From a bacterium (GTDB lineage Bacteria; Cyanobacteriota; Vampirovibrionia; Gastranaerophilales; JBAXKC01): DNA of 50,948 nt. The notes under the pieces were generated by a model. It worked only from the letters and a program-made list of their open reading frames with translations, had not been told where the DNA came from and ran no database searches. The position numbers and the translations under genes were made by a program. Shown here in pieces: positions 1 to 10,594 of the stretch; the stretch's first letter is position 1, and each line of letters starts with the position of its first letter. Location: contig JBAXKC010000020.1 of assembly GCA_037137535.1 (NCBI GenBank), forward strand, positions 1 through 50,948, written 5' to 3'.

Positions 1-720
1 TATAATTTATAGATTTAGCGCCAGATAAAGCAGATGGAACAATAGCGTTGTTGTAGGTACCAGCGTTTACAGGGTTACCTGTTAAGTTGTAGGTTAATCC
101 AAAATCACTCGTGTTATCAGAAGAAGCTAAACCAGTAAAGGTGGAGTTAAAAGCAGGATTAGCATCGCCGTATGTTTTATTAGCATTATTAGCTTTAACG
201 GTAAGAGCTTTTTGATCAATAACAAAATCACCATTCTGATAGGTAATATTATAATTTATAGATTTAGCGCCAGATAAAGCTGAGGGAACAATAGCGTTGT
301 TATATGTACCAGCGTTTACAGGGTTACCTGTTAAGTTGTAGGTTAATCCGAATTCACTCATATTGTCTGTTGCTATAAGGCCTGTATAGGAGGCATCTAG
401 TGTAGGGTTTGTATCACCGTAAGTTATGTGCTTATTATTGGCTTTAACTGTTAGTGATTTAGCACTAATACTCAAATTCCCGTTATTGATTGCGATATCA
501 TAACCAAGAGGAGATGAAAGGCTATTACTGACTCCAATAACGTAATCATTTACGTAGCTGGTAGTTGTAGCATTTGTATATAAAACAGGAGCCGAAGTTA
601 GTGAAGAAGCTAAATTATCTCCATCAATATATCCTGAGCTTGAATAAGTTAATGTAGGATTAGCATCGCCATAGACTTTAGTTTTATCAGCTACAGTAAT
701 TGTTAAAGTAGGATGTTCAG
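1..720 (-). repeat. ~249-bp (83-aa) MBG-like domain repeats in tpsA
   Basis: TATAATTTATAGATTTAGCGCCAGATAAAGC occurs at 1 and 250; KxYGDxNP-like motif near 165, 415 and 665. Confidence 0.85.
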
Positions 721-3700
721 CGCCATAAAGAATGTAATTTCCTGTCGGTAAAGTAGCTGGTGCATTTGATGCATAAGTTCTGTTATATATTTTATTGTAG
801 ATTAATCCGTTGGTTAATGTGTTTGCAAGAGTTGAAGTATATAAAGCCCAATTACCATTTGTCGCATTTAATGCAGAGCCATTTGCGTTATTAATAATGT
901 TTCCATTAGGAGTGGACAGTACAATACTCTTTCCTATATCAGAGGAAGTAATGCTTCCTCCATTATTAATTACTATATTTGAATTTGTTGATGATTTATT
1001 GTTTTGAATAAGTACATTATTAGCATTGATTGTATTTATATTGATATTTCCGGATGTAGTGTCACCGTCAATCATACTTATTGTTGCTGTTCCTGCATTA
1101 GCAGTTACATTATTTATGTTTAATGCTCCATCTAAGGCTGTTAATGTAATATTTTTACCTGAAGCATTAATATTACCTGTGCCTTTTAATATTGCAGTTA
1201 TATCGCTTGTTGAATCATTTAAAGTTAGAGCTGCTGCGCCATGATTTAAGTAATAGGAATTAGTTGTATCAAATCCGTTTGAACCTAAAGTCATTGCTCG
1301 TGAAGTATTTATATTACCGCTTAAAGAAATAACGCCTGCTGAATTTATCGCAATATTACCAGAGCCAAAAGCATCAATATAGGCTTGATTAATACTTAGG
1401 TTTCCTAATGTATCATTAAGTGTTACATCACCCGCTGTAGTTAAAGCATAAGAACCTTGTGTAAAATCTGTAGCTGTTAATGAAACATTTTTAGCGGTAT
1501 TTATATTGCTTCCTAAGATAATTGAACCTGCCGAACTTATTACAGCTGTTCCTGTGCCTGAAAATGCATCAGCATAGGCTTGATTTATTGTTAAATTGCC
1601 TAAAGTATCAGAAAGAGCAACTGATCCTGTAGTTGTAAGTGTATATACTCCTTGTGTGACATCTGTACCTGTTAAAGTAATATTTCTTGTTGAGTTTATA
1701 TTTCCACCTAAGGAAAGAATCCCTGCTGATTTTACAGAAATACTTCCTGTTCCATATGTATTTAAGTATGCTTGAGTTATTGATAAATTACCCGATGTAT
1801 CATCAAGAGTAATTGCACCTGATGTATTTACGGTAAAGGCTCCAGGAATAATATCAGTTCCTCTTAAATAAAGATTTCTGGTAGAGTTTATAGTTCCAGT
1901 CATCGTAAGAGTTCCAGCTGATTTAATTGTTAAATCACCAGTACCGTAAAGATCAATAAAAGCTTGATTTATTCCGCCTAAATTCCCGTTGGTGTCATTA
2001 TATATAACACTTCCTGATGTATTAACACCTAAAGAACTAATATTTGTTCCATCTAATTCAACTGATTCAATAGAGTTACTTGCATCAAGTATTTTACTTA
2101 AAGTTAAAGTTCCTCCTGCACTAATACGGAAAGAATCTGTAACAGGTGCAGTACCACCATTAACTGTAATAAGCCCCGTACTTGTAGAAGCACCATAGTT
2201 TGATGTAGAGGTTTGTGTGGTGTTAGCATTATAGTAAATATTTCTTCCTGCCGTTAAAGAAATAGAACTTGCTGAAGTAGTATTTCCATTTACATATATA
2301 TCTGACAAGTAGTTAGTACCACCAGAAGCTGTATTAACGGTAAGTGAGCCGTTAAGATTTAAAGTTCCTAATGTTACATGAGCACCACTTGCACCTGAGA
2401 CTATACTTACGTTTCCATTTCCAAAATCAGAATTTGATGGAATAGAAAGAGCACTATTTGTATATAAAGATACAGATGTAGCTGCTTTTGGAACATTAGC
2501 ATTTAATGCAAGTGTTCCACCTGCTGTTAAATCAATCGTACTTGTTGATGTTAAATTACCATTAAGCGTAACATTTGATGCATAAGTTAGACCACTGGCT
2601 TTTGTGTTTACTGTAAAAGGTTTTGTTAAATTCAAATCACCTAAAGTTATATTAGCTCCGTTAGCTCCAGAGGTTATAGTTACTGTTGCATTTCCAAAGT
2701 CTGAGTTTGCAGGAATGGAAAGAGCGCTATTTGTGTAAAGGTTTAAGGTTGAGTTATTTCCTGCTTGAGGAACATTCGCATTTAATGCAAGTGTTCCACC
2801 TGCTGTTAAGTCAATAGAGCTTGAAGAGGTAATATTTCCATTAAGAATAACATTTGATGCATAAGTCAGACCACTGGCTTTTGTGTTTACGGTAAAAGGA
2901 TGATTTAAACTTAAATCACCTAAAGTTACATGAGCACCACTCGTTCCTGTTATTATACTTACGGTCGCATTTCCAAAGATTGAGTTTGTCGGAATAGAAA
3001 GAGCACTATTTGTCCATAGAGTTAGATTTGTTCCTGCAACAGGAACAGCTGCATTTAAGGTAAGTGTTCTGCCTGCTTCAATGTCAATTAAGCCTGTAGA
3101 AGTAATATTGCCGTTAACTATAACATCAGAAGAATAATTAACACCTGTTGGTCTTGTACTTGCTGTAAATGAATTTGTTAAATTTAAAGTACCTAAAGTT
3201 ATATGTGCACCATCTATTGTTGACTTTATATTTACTATTGCATTACCAAAATTAGAATTGTCGGGAATAGTTATAGGTGCATAAGTATATAGAGTTAGAT
3301 TTTGACCTGAACCTGCAACAGGAACAGGTCCATTTAATACTATTCCACCGGGATTACCTGAAGTGATACTTATAGAGCTTGTTGATGTTATATTTCCGTT
3401 AAGTACCACATTTGATGCCCAAGTCCCGGAATAATTCGCATTAACGTTAAGAGGTTTTGTTAAAGATAAATCGCCTAAAGTTATATTAGCAGCATTTGCC
3501 GATGAATATATGTTTACAGTAGAATTACCGAAATTAGCACCTGAAGCAATAGAAAGAGCATCACGTGTTATCATTGAAAGAGTATAATTTGTCCCTGCTC
3601 TTGGTACTAAGCTGTTTATTGAAAGAGTTCTGCCTGCCTCTAAAGTTATATTGCCTGTACTTGTCAGATTACCGTTAAGTATTAAATCTGAGGCATAAGT

Positions 3701-6700
3701 ACCACCATAATTTGTATTAATATTAGCTGTATTATTAAAATTAATATCGCCTAAGGTTATATGAGCTCCGGCTTTACTTGAATATATATTTACTGCTCCT
3801 GCTCCAAATATAGAGCCACTTGGAATAGTAAGTGCATCACGTGTTGTCATTGTTAAAGTTGATGCAGTCAAAGGCATAGCCCCGTTTATTGCAAGAGTTC
3901 TACCTGCTTCTAATGTAATAGCACCGCTTGCACTGGTCAAACTGCCATTAAGTGTTAAATCTGATGCATAAGTACCGGAATAATTTGTATTAATGGTTAC
4001 TGCTTTACTAAACGCAACATCACCTAATGTAATATGAGCCCCACTTTTAGAGGAATATATATTTACTATGGAACTGCCAAAATCAGCGCCCGATGGAATA
4101 TTAAGCACATCACGTGTTGTCATTGTCAAAGTAGATGCTGCGCCTGCTTGCGGCATTACTGCATTTATTGCAAGAGTTTTGCCTGCTTCTAACGTAACTG
4201 CACTATTTCCTGTTAAACTACCGTTAAGTATTAAATCTGATGCATAAGTACCACCAAAATTTGTATTAATAGTTACAGGCTGAACAAAATGTTCATCACC
4301 TAAAGTAATATGTGCCCCATTAGCACGTGAATAAATATTTACAGATTCATTACTATTACTAAAAGCACCTGACGGAATATTTAAAGTATCACGTGTTGTC
4401 ATAGTAAGTGCTGCACCCGAAGTAGTTGAAGGCATTGCTCCATTTATTACAAGAGTTCTGCCTGCTTCTAAAGTTATTGCCGCTCCAGTAGAGGTTAAAT
4501 TTCCGTTAAGTGTTAAGTCGGAGGCATAAGTACCACCATTAGTCGTATTTACAGTTATTGGTTTAGTTACAGCCAAATTCCCTAAAGTAATATGAGCTCC
4601 GTTTGCATTTGAATAAATATAGATATTATTGGAAGAACCAAAGTTAAAGTTATCAGGAATACTATATGAGCCTTTTGAGATTAAAGTCGTTGAAGTCGAT
4701 CCTGATAAGGATTTTGCAGCATTTAAACTAATGGAACCGCCTAAAGTAGAATAGCCGCCGTATAATGCAAGAGTGGTTGATGTACTTATATTTGCATTGT
4801 GTATAAGGTCTCTGCCAGCTGTAATATCTATAGAACTTGTTGAAGTAATATCTCCGTTAATAATTACGTCAGATAACCAACTGCCACTGGTATTTGTAGT
4901 TACAGATAAAGGTTTTGTTAAGTTCATAGCCCCTAAAGTGATATGTGCTCCATTTGCATTTGACTGAAGAGTAATCGAATTGGAAGTTCCAAAGTTAAAG
5001 TTATCAGGAATACTGTATGCACCTTTTGACTTTAAAGTAATTGAAGAAGTTCCGGATAAAGATTTTGCTGCATTTAAGCTAAGTGTTCCACCTAAAGCGG
5101 AAGTGCCGGCGGTTAAAGCGAGACTCGAAGATGTACTTATATTTCCATTATGAATAATATCTCTACCTGCAGTAAAATCAAGAGTATTAGTAGAAGTAAT
5201 ATTGCCATTAAGTATTATGTCGGACAACCAATTACCACCTGAATTTGTATTGACAGTTAAAGGCTTAGTTAAATTCAATGCACCAAAAGTTATGTGAGCT
5301 CCATCTTTATTGGAATACATATAAATATTGGCAGAAGTTCCAAAATTCATATTATCAGGGATTGTCATCGCACCCTTTGTATAAGTATAAAGAGAACTGG
5401 TTCCAATCAAGGATTTTGTTCCGTTTAAAGAAATTGTGCCACCTAAATTAGAATAGCCACCATAGAGATTAGTATTTAATCCGCTGATATTACCATTTTG
5501 TATAATATCTCTACCTGCAGTAATATTAAGTGAATTAGCAGAAGTAACATTCCCATTGATTAATACATCAGATAGCCAATTACCGCCTACATTTGAGCTG
5601 ACGGTTAAAGAACCCGACATATTCAATGCACCTAATGTAATATGAGACCCATCATTATATGAATACATATAAACATTGGCAGAAGTTCCAAAACTCATGT
5701 TATCAGGAACAGTCAAGGCATTTTTTGTGTACATATAAAGAGAACTGGTTCCGACTAATGATTTTGCAGCATTTAAGGTAATTGAACCGCCTAAATTAGA
5801 ATAGCCACCATAGAGATTAGTATTTAATCCGCTGATATTACCATTTTGTATAATATCTCTGCCAGCCGTAAAATCAAGTGTACCTGCAGAAGTGACATTT
5901 CCATTGATTATTACATCAGATAAAAGACCGCCACCTGCATTTGAGTTGACAGTTAAAGAACCCGACATATTCAAGGCACCTAATGTAATATGAGACCCAT
6001 TATTATATGAATAAATATAAACATTAGCAGAGGTACCAAAACTCATGTTATCTGGAACAGTCATGGCATTCTTTGTGTACATATAAAGAGAACTGGTTCC
6101 GACTAATGATTTTGACGCATTTAAGTTTATTGTTCCGCCTAAACCTGAGTATCCAGCATATAAATTTACATTTGTTCCGCTTATATTACCGTTATGTATA
6201 ATATCTCTACCTGCCGTAAAATCAAGGGAATTAGTCGTAGAAATAGTTCCATTAAGTATAATATCGGATAGCCTATTACCGCCGCTGTTTGAGTTAACGC
6301 TTAAATTTCTGTTTGTAGTCACATTCGCTAAAGTAATATGAGCACCATTTCCCGCAGTTGTTATATTTGTAGTACCGCTATTAGATTGAAACGAAGTTCC
6401 AGTTCCAATATTAACAGTTCCTGTTTGTCCGTTAATTGTAATGCCCGTTCCTGTATTCAAAAGAGCTGAAGCATAAGTATTTACTTGCCCATTTCCAATC
6501 AATGAAATACTTCCGCCAAGAGTTCCTGCATTACCTCTCGTATCAAGATTACCTATATTCAGAATAGCACCACTAATGGTTATATTTCCGCCTTCAGTTC
6601 TAATTTTATCAGTAGCATCCATTGTAAATGTACCGACTCCGTCACCGTCAGAATCGGCTTTGATTGTTAAAGAGCCTAAATTGGTTTGTTTCATGTAAAG

Positions 6701-8293
6701 TAAATTATCAGTTAGGTTATTTAAAGTAATATTGTTGGTTGCTTGAAGATTTACAGCTGCGTTTGCTGCTAGAGCTTCAAGTGAAGTTTCAGAAATAGTA
6801 TAAGTAGAACCTGCTCCATCAGCTTGAAGGATTTGATTATCAGCTATTTGAGCATTATCAGCCCCAACAGCACCGTCAGAAATAACAATATTCAAAGGAT
6901 CAAGAAGAATAGAGCCTACGTTTCCTTTTGGTGCAGATAAATCAGCAGTACCGTCAAAACTTAGTCTGTTTTTACCTGAAACTTCGGCAAAGCCACCATT
7001 TCCTGATAATATTCCGCCTTTTGCATAAATATTTCCAAAATATCTTGTTATATCATCCGCCCAGACGACAACTTTACCGCCATCGCCCGAATTAATGGCA
7101 TTTGCTTTAAGATTTACGTCTTTACCTACAAAAGTGCTTGCTGCCGTTTTTACTCCGCTTCCGCCATGGGTATCACCGCCAATTAATACGTTTCCACCGC
7201 CTGTATATCCCGATGCATCAATATTTGTTCCCGATAATAATTTGATATTATCCCCTAAAAGTTTAATATTTCCGCCTTTTTCGGTATCTCCGACAGTATT
7301 TATTTGAGAATTAACAGTAACCTCTTTTGAATTAACTGTAATATTTCCACCATTAGCTCCATTAGCATTAATACTACCTGCTATTGTTGTTGCGCCGTTT
7401 CCTCCGTCAATATCTATATTGCCAAAGGCAATTTTGCCATTTACAAGTTTAACGCTGTTAGCTTCAATAATACCATCTGTATTTATTACTTTACTTATAA
7501 GCTCATTGGCTTTTTCCGCCTTAATAAATACCTTACCGCCATCTGACTTTATAACGCCTGAATTTTCAATCTGTGCTTTATTATTATCAGTTGAAATGTT
7601 ATTTATAGTTGATTTGTCTAACTCAAGAGAAATTTGCTGCCCGTCATTCATGTTAAAGGTAACATTTTTATTGGAAACAAGAGCTACGGTTCCTTTAGGC
7701 GCATTAATTGTTCCTGTATTTTCAATAACAGGAGCTAAAAAAGTAGCAAATCCACCTTCTTTTATATTTATATTTCCATGATTTACAATTTGCCCGTTAG
7801 ATTGACCGCTAAAGGTAAATTGTTTGTTTACATCGTCTTGAACTTTTAAATTATAGGTAGAAACGCTAAAACTGTTTAAATTTACGCTTGAATGTCTACC
7901 AAAAAGAACACCGCTCGGGTTTATAAGATAAACAGTACCGCCTGCGCCTGATTGGTTAATATGTCCAAAGATTTGAGAAGAATTAGCACCTGTTATTTTA
8001 TTTACTGAGATTTGTCCATTATTTGAAAAATGAAAATCTACGTAATTATTTTCGGGAACATCAAAACTTTTCCATGTGTTATTGAATGTTTGATTCGCAG
8101 AGCCATTATGATTTATTTTATAGGTATCGTTCTCATTTACTGTTTTAGTTAATTCAGTTGTCACATCAGTATCGAGTTTGTCAGGCACAGGTAAATTCAC
8201 TTCAGCTTTTGCTACCGCAGAAAAAGCTAAAGTGATAAATATTGATATTTTAACAGCGCAAAGCAGTCTTTTGTTTGCATTGAAATTATACAT
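2..8293 (-). CDS. TpsA / filamentous-haemagglutinin-family exoprotein with TPS domain, beta-helical repeats and MBG-like repeats (3' end beyond window start; >2760 aa)
   Basis: Not in the ORF track because it runs off the window. Manual translation from ATG at 8293 (AGGT RBS): MYNFNANKRLLCAVKISIFITLAFSAVAKA (signal peptide), then WKSFDV...VNKITGANSSQIFG...VYLINPSGVLFG (TPS motif), GGFAEVSG...GSILLDP (HMW1/HxuA-type), and at the window start LTVKANNANKTYGDANPAF (MBG-like). The frame at position 40 matches the frame at 8293; not every codon was checked. Adjacent to tpsB. Confidence 0.92.
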   Translation of the reverse strand, partial: MYNFNANKRLLCAVKISIFITLAFSAVAKAEVNLPVPDKLDTDVTTELTKTVNENDTYKINHNGSANQTFNNTWKSFDVPENNYVDFHFSNNGQISVNKITGANSSQIFGHINQSGAGGTVYLINPSGVLFGRHSSVNLNSFSVSTYNLKVQDDVNKQFTFSGQSNGQIVNHGNINIKEGGFATFLAPVIENTGTINAPKGTVALVSNKNVTFNMNDGQQISLELDKSTINNISTDNNKAQIENSGVIKSDGGKVFIKAEKANELISKVINTDGIIEANSVKLVNGKIAFGNIDIDGGNGATTIAGSINANGANGGNITVNSKEVTVNSQINTVGDTEKGGNIKLLGDNIKLLSGTNIDASGYTGGGNVLIGGDTHGGSGVKTAASTFVGKDVNLKANAINSGDGGKVVVWADDITRYFGNIYAKGGILSGNGGFAEVSGKNRLSFDGTADLSAPKGNVGSILLDPLNIVISDGAVGADNAQIADNQILQADGAGSTYTISETSLEALAANAAVNLQATNNITLNNLTDNLLYMKQTNLGSLTIKADSDGDGVGTFTMDATDKIRTEGGNITISGAILNIGNLDTRGNAGTLGGSISLIGNGQVNTYASALLNTGTGITINGQTGTVNIGTGTSFQSNSGTTNITTAGNGAHITLANVTTNRNLSVNSNSGGNRLSDIILNGTISTTNSLDFTAGRDIIHNGNISGTNVNLYAGYSGLGGTINLNASKSLVGTSSLYMYTKNAMTVPDNMSFGTSANVYIYSYNNGSHITLGALNMSGSLTVNSNAGGGLLSDVIINGNVTSAGTLDFTAGRDIIQNGNISGLNTNLYGGYSNLGGSITLNAAKSLVGTSSLYMYTKNALTVPDNMSFGTSANVYMYSYNDGSHITLGALNMSGSLTVSSNVGGNWLSDVLINGNVTSANSLNITAGRDIIQNGNISGLNTNLYGGYSNLGGTISLNGTKSLIGTSSLYTYTKGAMTIPDNMNFGTSANIYMYSNKDGAHITFGALNLTKPLTVNTNSGGNWLSDIILNGNITSTNTLDFTAGRDIIHNGNISTSSSLALTAGTSALGGTLSLNAAKSLSGTSSITLKSKGAYSIPDNFNFGTSNSITLQSNANGAHITLGAMNLTKPLSVTTNTSGSWLSDVIINGDITSTSSIDITAGRDLIHNANISTSTTLALYGGYSTLGGSISLNAAKSLSGSTSTTLISKGSYSIPDNFNFGSSNNIYIYSNANGAHITLGNLAVTKPITVNTTNGGTYASDLTLNGNLTSTGAAITLEAGRTLVINGAMPSTTSGAALTMTTRDTLNIPSGAFSNSNESVNIYSRANGAHITLGDEHFVQPVTINTNFGGTYASDLILNGSLTGNSAVTLEAGKTLAINAVMPQAGAASTLTMTTRDVLNIPSGADFGSSIVNIYSSKSGAHITLGDVAFSKAVTINTNYSGTYASDLTLNGSLTSASGAITLEAGRTLAINGAMPLTASTLTMTTRDALTIPSGSIFGAGAVNIYSSKAGAHITLGDINFNNTANINTNYGGTYASDLILNGNLTSTGNITLEAGRTLSINSLVPRAGTNYTLSMITRDALSIASGANFGNSTVNIYSSANAANITLGDLSLTKPLNVNANYSGTWASNVVLNGNITSTSSISITSGNPGGIVLNGPVPVAGSGQNLTLYTYAPITIPDNSNFGNAIVNIKSTIDGAHITLGTLNLTNSFTASTRPTGVNYSSDVIVNGNITSTGLIDIEAGRTLTLNAAVPVAGTNLTLWTNSALSIPTNSIFGNATVSIITGTSGAHVTLGDLSLNHPFTVNTKASGLTYASNVILNGNITSSSSIDLTAGGTLALNANVPQAGNNSTLNLYTNSALSIPANSDFGNATVTITSGANGANITLGDLNLTKPFTVNTKASGLTYASNVTLNGNLTSTSTIDLTAGGTLALNANVPKAATSVSLYTNSALSIPSNSDFGNGNVSIVSGASGAHVTLGTLNLNGSLTVNTASGGTNYLSDIYVNGNTTSASSISLTAGRNIYYNANTTQTSTSNYGASTSTGLITVNGGTAPVTDSFRISAGGTLTLSKILDASNSIESVELDGTNISSLGVNTSGSVIYNDTNGNLGGINQAFIDLYGTGDLTIKSAGTLTMTGTINSTRNLYLRGTDIIPGAFTVNTSGAITLDDTSGNLSITQAYLNTYGTGSISVKSAGILSLGGNINSTRNITLTGTDVTQGVYTLTTTGSVALSDTLGNLTINQAYADAFSGTGTAVISSAGSIILGSNINTAKNVSLTATDFTQGSYALTTAGDVTLNDTLGNLSINQAYIDAFGSGNIAINSAGVISLSGNINTSRAMTLGSNGFDTTNSYYLNHGAAALTLNDSTSDITAILKGTGNINASGKNITLTALDGALNINNVTANAGTATISMIDGDTTSGNININTINANNVLIQNNKSSTNSNIVINNGGSITSSDIGKSIVLSTPNGNIINNANGSALNATNGNWALYTSTLANTLTNGLIYNKIYNRTYASNAPATLPTGNYILYGAEHPTLTITVADKTKVYGDANPTLTYSSSGYIDGDNLASSLTSAPVLYTNATTTSYVNDYVIGVSNSLSSPLGYDIAINNGNLSISAKSLTVKANNKHITYGDTNPTLDASYTGLIATDNMSEFGLTYNLTGNPVNAGTYNNAIVPSALSGAKSINYNITYQNGDFVIDQKALTVKANNANKTYGDANPAFNSTFTGLASSDNTSDFGLTYNLTGNPVNAGTYNNAIVPSALSGAKSINY
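2300..6360 (-). repeat. About 14 degenerate coding repeats in tpsA (core GAH[IV]TLG), period ~270-280 bp then ~350 bp
   Basis: Motif recurs near 2376, 2650, 2928, 3200, 3480, 3760, 4030, 4305, 4590, 4940, 5290, 5640, 5990 and 6335; identical ~70-nt blocks at ~5442 and ~5790. Confidence 0.85.
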
Positions 8294-8330
8294 AATACCT
8301 AACTGAAGCACAGCTCATTGTTCATTTATG

Positions 8331-8358
8331 TTATCGACATAATCATCATGAACCTTTA
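8331..8358 (-). promoter_or_regulatory. Sigma-28 (FliA/SigD)-like promoter of tpsA
   Basis: Minus strand TAAA(GGTT)-N16-GTCGATAA, 37 nt upstream of the tpsA ATG; consensus TAAA-N15-GCCGATAA. Confidence 0.55.
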
Positions 8359-8392
8359 AGTATATCATATAATTGTTACATCTCGAAACATT

Positions 8393-10162
8393 TTATTTGA
8401 AGTTTGAATTAAGTCCAAAATGAAATCTTAAACTGTTTTGAGATTCTTCTCTTTTATGTCCTAGAGGAATACCAATATACATATTTGTCTGTAAGTATTT
8501 AGAGATGTTTATAACTAATCCTGAACCTACGCTCTGAATAAAGTTCTTATAAGAGAAAGGTACATTTTGTCTGAGTTGATAGCCAAGCCCTTGATCGTAA
8601 AAAGTTGCTAAAAATATTCTATTTTTTAATGGAACACTAACCACTTTATGCTTCCAATAAAAAACAGGCAGTCTGTTTGGAAGATAAGGAATAGGTTTTC
8701 TAAGTTCTAAACTTAAGTTATAACCCATGTCAGCATTAAGGAATCCTTCAGAATATCCTCTTACGCTATACATACCACCCAGAGAACTCTGTTCGGGGGC
8801 TAAAAGGTGGAAAGGAGAATATTGGGTAGAAGCTCTAATAACACCGTAAGTATTATAAGGTAAAGACTGAAATCTTGTAACATTAGCTTCAAACTTAACA
8901 AATTGACCGCATGGAGCACTTTGATCATATTTTCCTCTGGTAGCTCCAAATAAAGGAAGGCCTGTGCTTACTTCAAATCTGGAATAGAATCGCCCTGTTC
9001 TATCTTCATTTGATAAATTTAGCCCTGTCCTTATTACACTTAACTTATATTTGTTCTCAAATGTATCAGCTGCATCTGAAATTCGTGAAGTAAGGAGATT
9101 AAAAGCTACATCAGAATTAAGGTTTAATCTGTTTTTTTGATACAAAGGGAGTGACAATCCAGTATTAAGCATATTTGACTGCCCTCTTATTTTTTGACTT
9201 TTAAGCTCATCTCCAAGTTTTACATTTGAGTGAGAATATCCAAGTTGTAATTCCATTCCTCTATATCCTATAGGAAGAGAATAATTTGAATTTAAAGCCA
9301 AAACTCCTTTGGATAGACTTATAGATTCATTAAATCGATCACCAAAACCGGTAAGATTTTTTGTTCCTATAGTTACATCAGCTCTTTGAGTTCCAATGTA
9401 TTTTCTACCTAAATTATCGTAAGTCGTTGATAGTTCCAGAGGGAATTTTTCCTCAATGTTTAAATGAATATCAGTAGTTTCAGGAGTTGTCCCTTTTTTG
9501 AGAGTTACATTACCTTTAAGGTATTCTTTTGAGTTAATTGTATTAAATGAAGATTTAAGATTATTTATGTTAAAAACCTTTGTTGACTGCACTTCATTAG
9601 GCTTTAAAATATTATTTTTAATATAAGACGATCTTACCCATTTTGTCTTATTAACGTCAATATTTCCTATTTTACCTTCCAAAACAGCTATTTTTACAAT
9701 TCCGTCCTCCATTGTTTGTGGCGGTATGTAAGCTTTAGATGTAATATATCCCATTTCTTGATAAACATAAGTTATTGATTCAATTGATTTTTTTATATCA
9801 ACTAAACTTACTTCTTTACCAATATACTTTTTAAAAAATCTTTCCAGGTCACTAGCAGGAATTACAGTATTTCCTGAAAACTGAACACCTTTTAGTTCAA
9901 ATTTAATATCAGGAACTTCATTTGTCAGTTGTGGCTTGTTTTCCAGCTTGTTTTCCATTACAGGTTCGTCTATAACTTTGATTTCATTTTGTTTTATTAT
10001 GTTTTTTTGATTATTGGAATAAATTTCAATAAATCCCGGGTCAATTCTTGTTTGTAAGTCTTTAGTGCTTAATTCAGCAGCTTGAGAGCTGTTTATAATA
10101 AATAAACAGCTAAATAAAATCATTATTGAAAATTTTATATAGGTACTAATAAAATTCAACAT
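8393..10162 (-). CDS. TpsB (ShlB/FhaC/HecB family) two-partner secretion outer-membrane transporter
   Basis: Signal peptide, POTRA (VQFSGNTV...YQEMGYITSKAYIPPQ...IAVLEGKI), LGGMYSVRGY loop-6 motif, amphipathic C-terminal beta-strand; directly upstream of tpsA. Confidence 0.95.
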   Translation of the reverse strand: MLNFISTYIKFSIMILFSCLFIINSSQAAELSTKDLQTRIDPGFIEIYSNNQKNIIKQNEIKVIDEPVMENKLENKPQLTNEVPDIKFELKGVQFSGNTVIPASDLERFFKKYIGKEVSLVDIKKSIESITYVYQEMGYITSKAYIPPQTMEDGIVKIAVLEGKIGNIDVNKTKWVRSSYIKNNILKPNEVQSTKVFNINNLKSSFNTINSKEYLKGNVTLKKGTTPETTDIHLNIEEKFPLELSTTYDNLGRKYIGTQRADVTIGTKNLTGFGDRFNESISLSKGVLALNSNYSLPIGYRGMELQLGYSHSNVKLGDELKSQKIRGQSNMLNTGLSLPLYQKNRLNLNSDVAFNLLTSRISDAADTFENKYKLSVIRTGLNLSNEDRTGRFYSRFEVSTGLPLFGATRGKYDQSAPCGQFVKFEANVTRFQSLPYNTYGVIRASTQYSPFHLLAPEQSSLGGMYSVRGYSEGFLNADMGYNLSLELRKPIPYLPNRLPVFYWKHKVVSVPLKNRIFLATFYDQGLGYQLRQNVPFSYKNFIQSVGSGLVINISKYLQTNMYIGIPLGHKREESQNSLRFHFGLNSNFK

Positions 10163-10493
10163 TCTTGATTTATCAACTTTTTCCCCAAAGCAAAATCTTT
10201 CTTACTACAACTCAAAAACTATATTAAATTCAAAAAACAATAAATTGAGCTAATCTATATTTAATATACAATTCAATTTTAAACATAATTTTATATATAA
10301 TCAACAAAAATGAGAGTATGCGTAATTAAATGTAATGTTTACAGTTAATTATGATATTCAAAAACAACAATTAAAAGTGAAACTATTTTGATTTTATTAA
10401 TAATTGTTATGAGTGCTAAAATTACTTAATAGCTTGAAAAAATATATATTTTTATTGCAATTGTCACATTTTTTTTTACAAACAACGTTAAGC

Positions 10494-10524
10494 TATTGAA
10501 ATAATTTCAATAATAAAGTATAAA
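10494..10524 (+). promoter_or_regulatory. Sigma-70-like promoter with overlapping 9-1-9 palindromic operator
   Basis: TTGAAA(10496)-N17-TATAAA(10519); perfect palindrome TATTGAAAT-A-ATTTCAATA at 10494-10512 covers the -35. Confidence 0.5.
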
Positions 10525-10594
10525 TTTAATCAATAATCTATTTAATTATGTTTTAATTAATTCACAACAGTACAGTAAATAACAAGGAACTTTT

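Noticed and set aside
810-7781. Six short + strand ORFs in the track (810, 1026, 1989, 4773, 7095, 7419)
   Set aside because: Antisense shadows of the long minus-strand tpsA frame; no RBS or recognisable motifs.
1-8293. Possible CdiA contact-dependent toxin
   Set aside because: No VENN/pre-toxin motif seen, MBG-like repeats point to an adhesin, and the C-terminus is outside the window.
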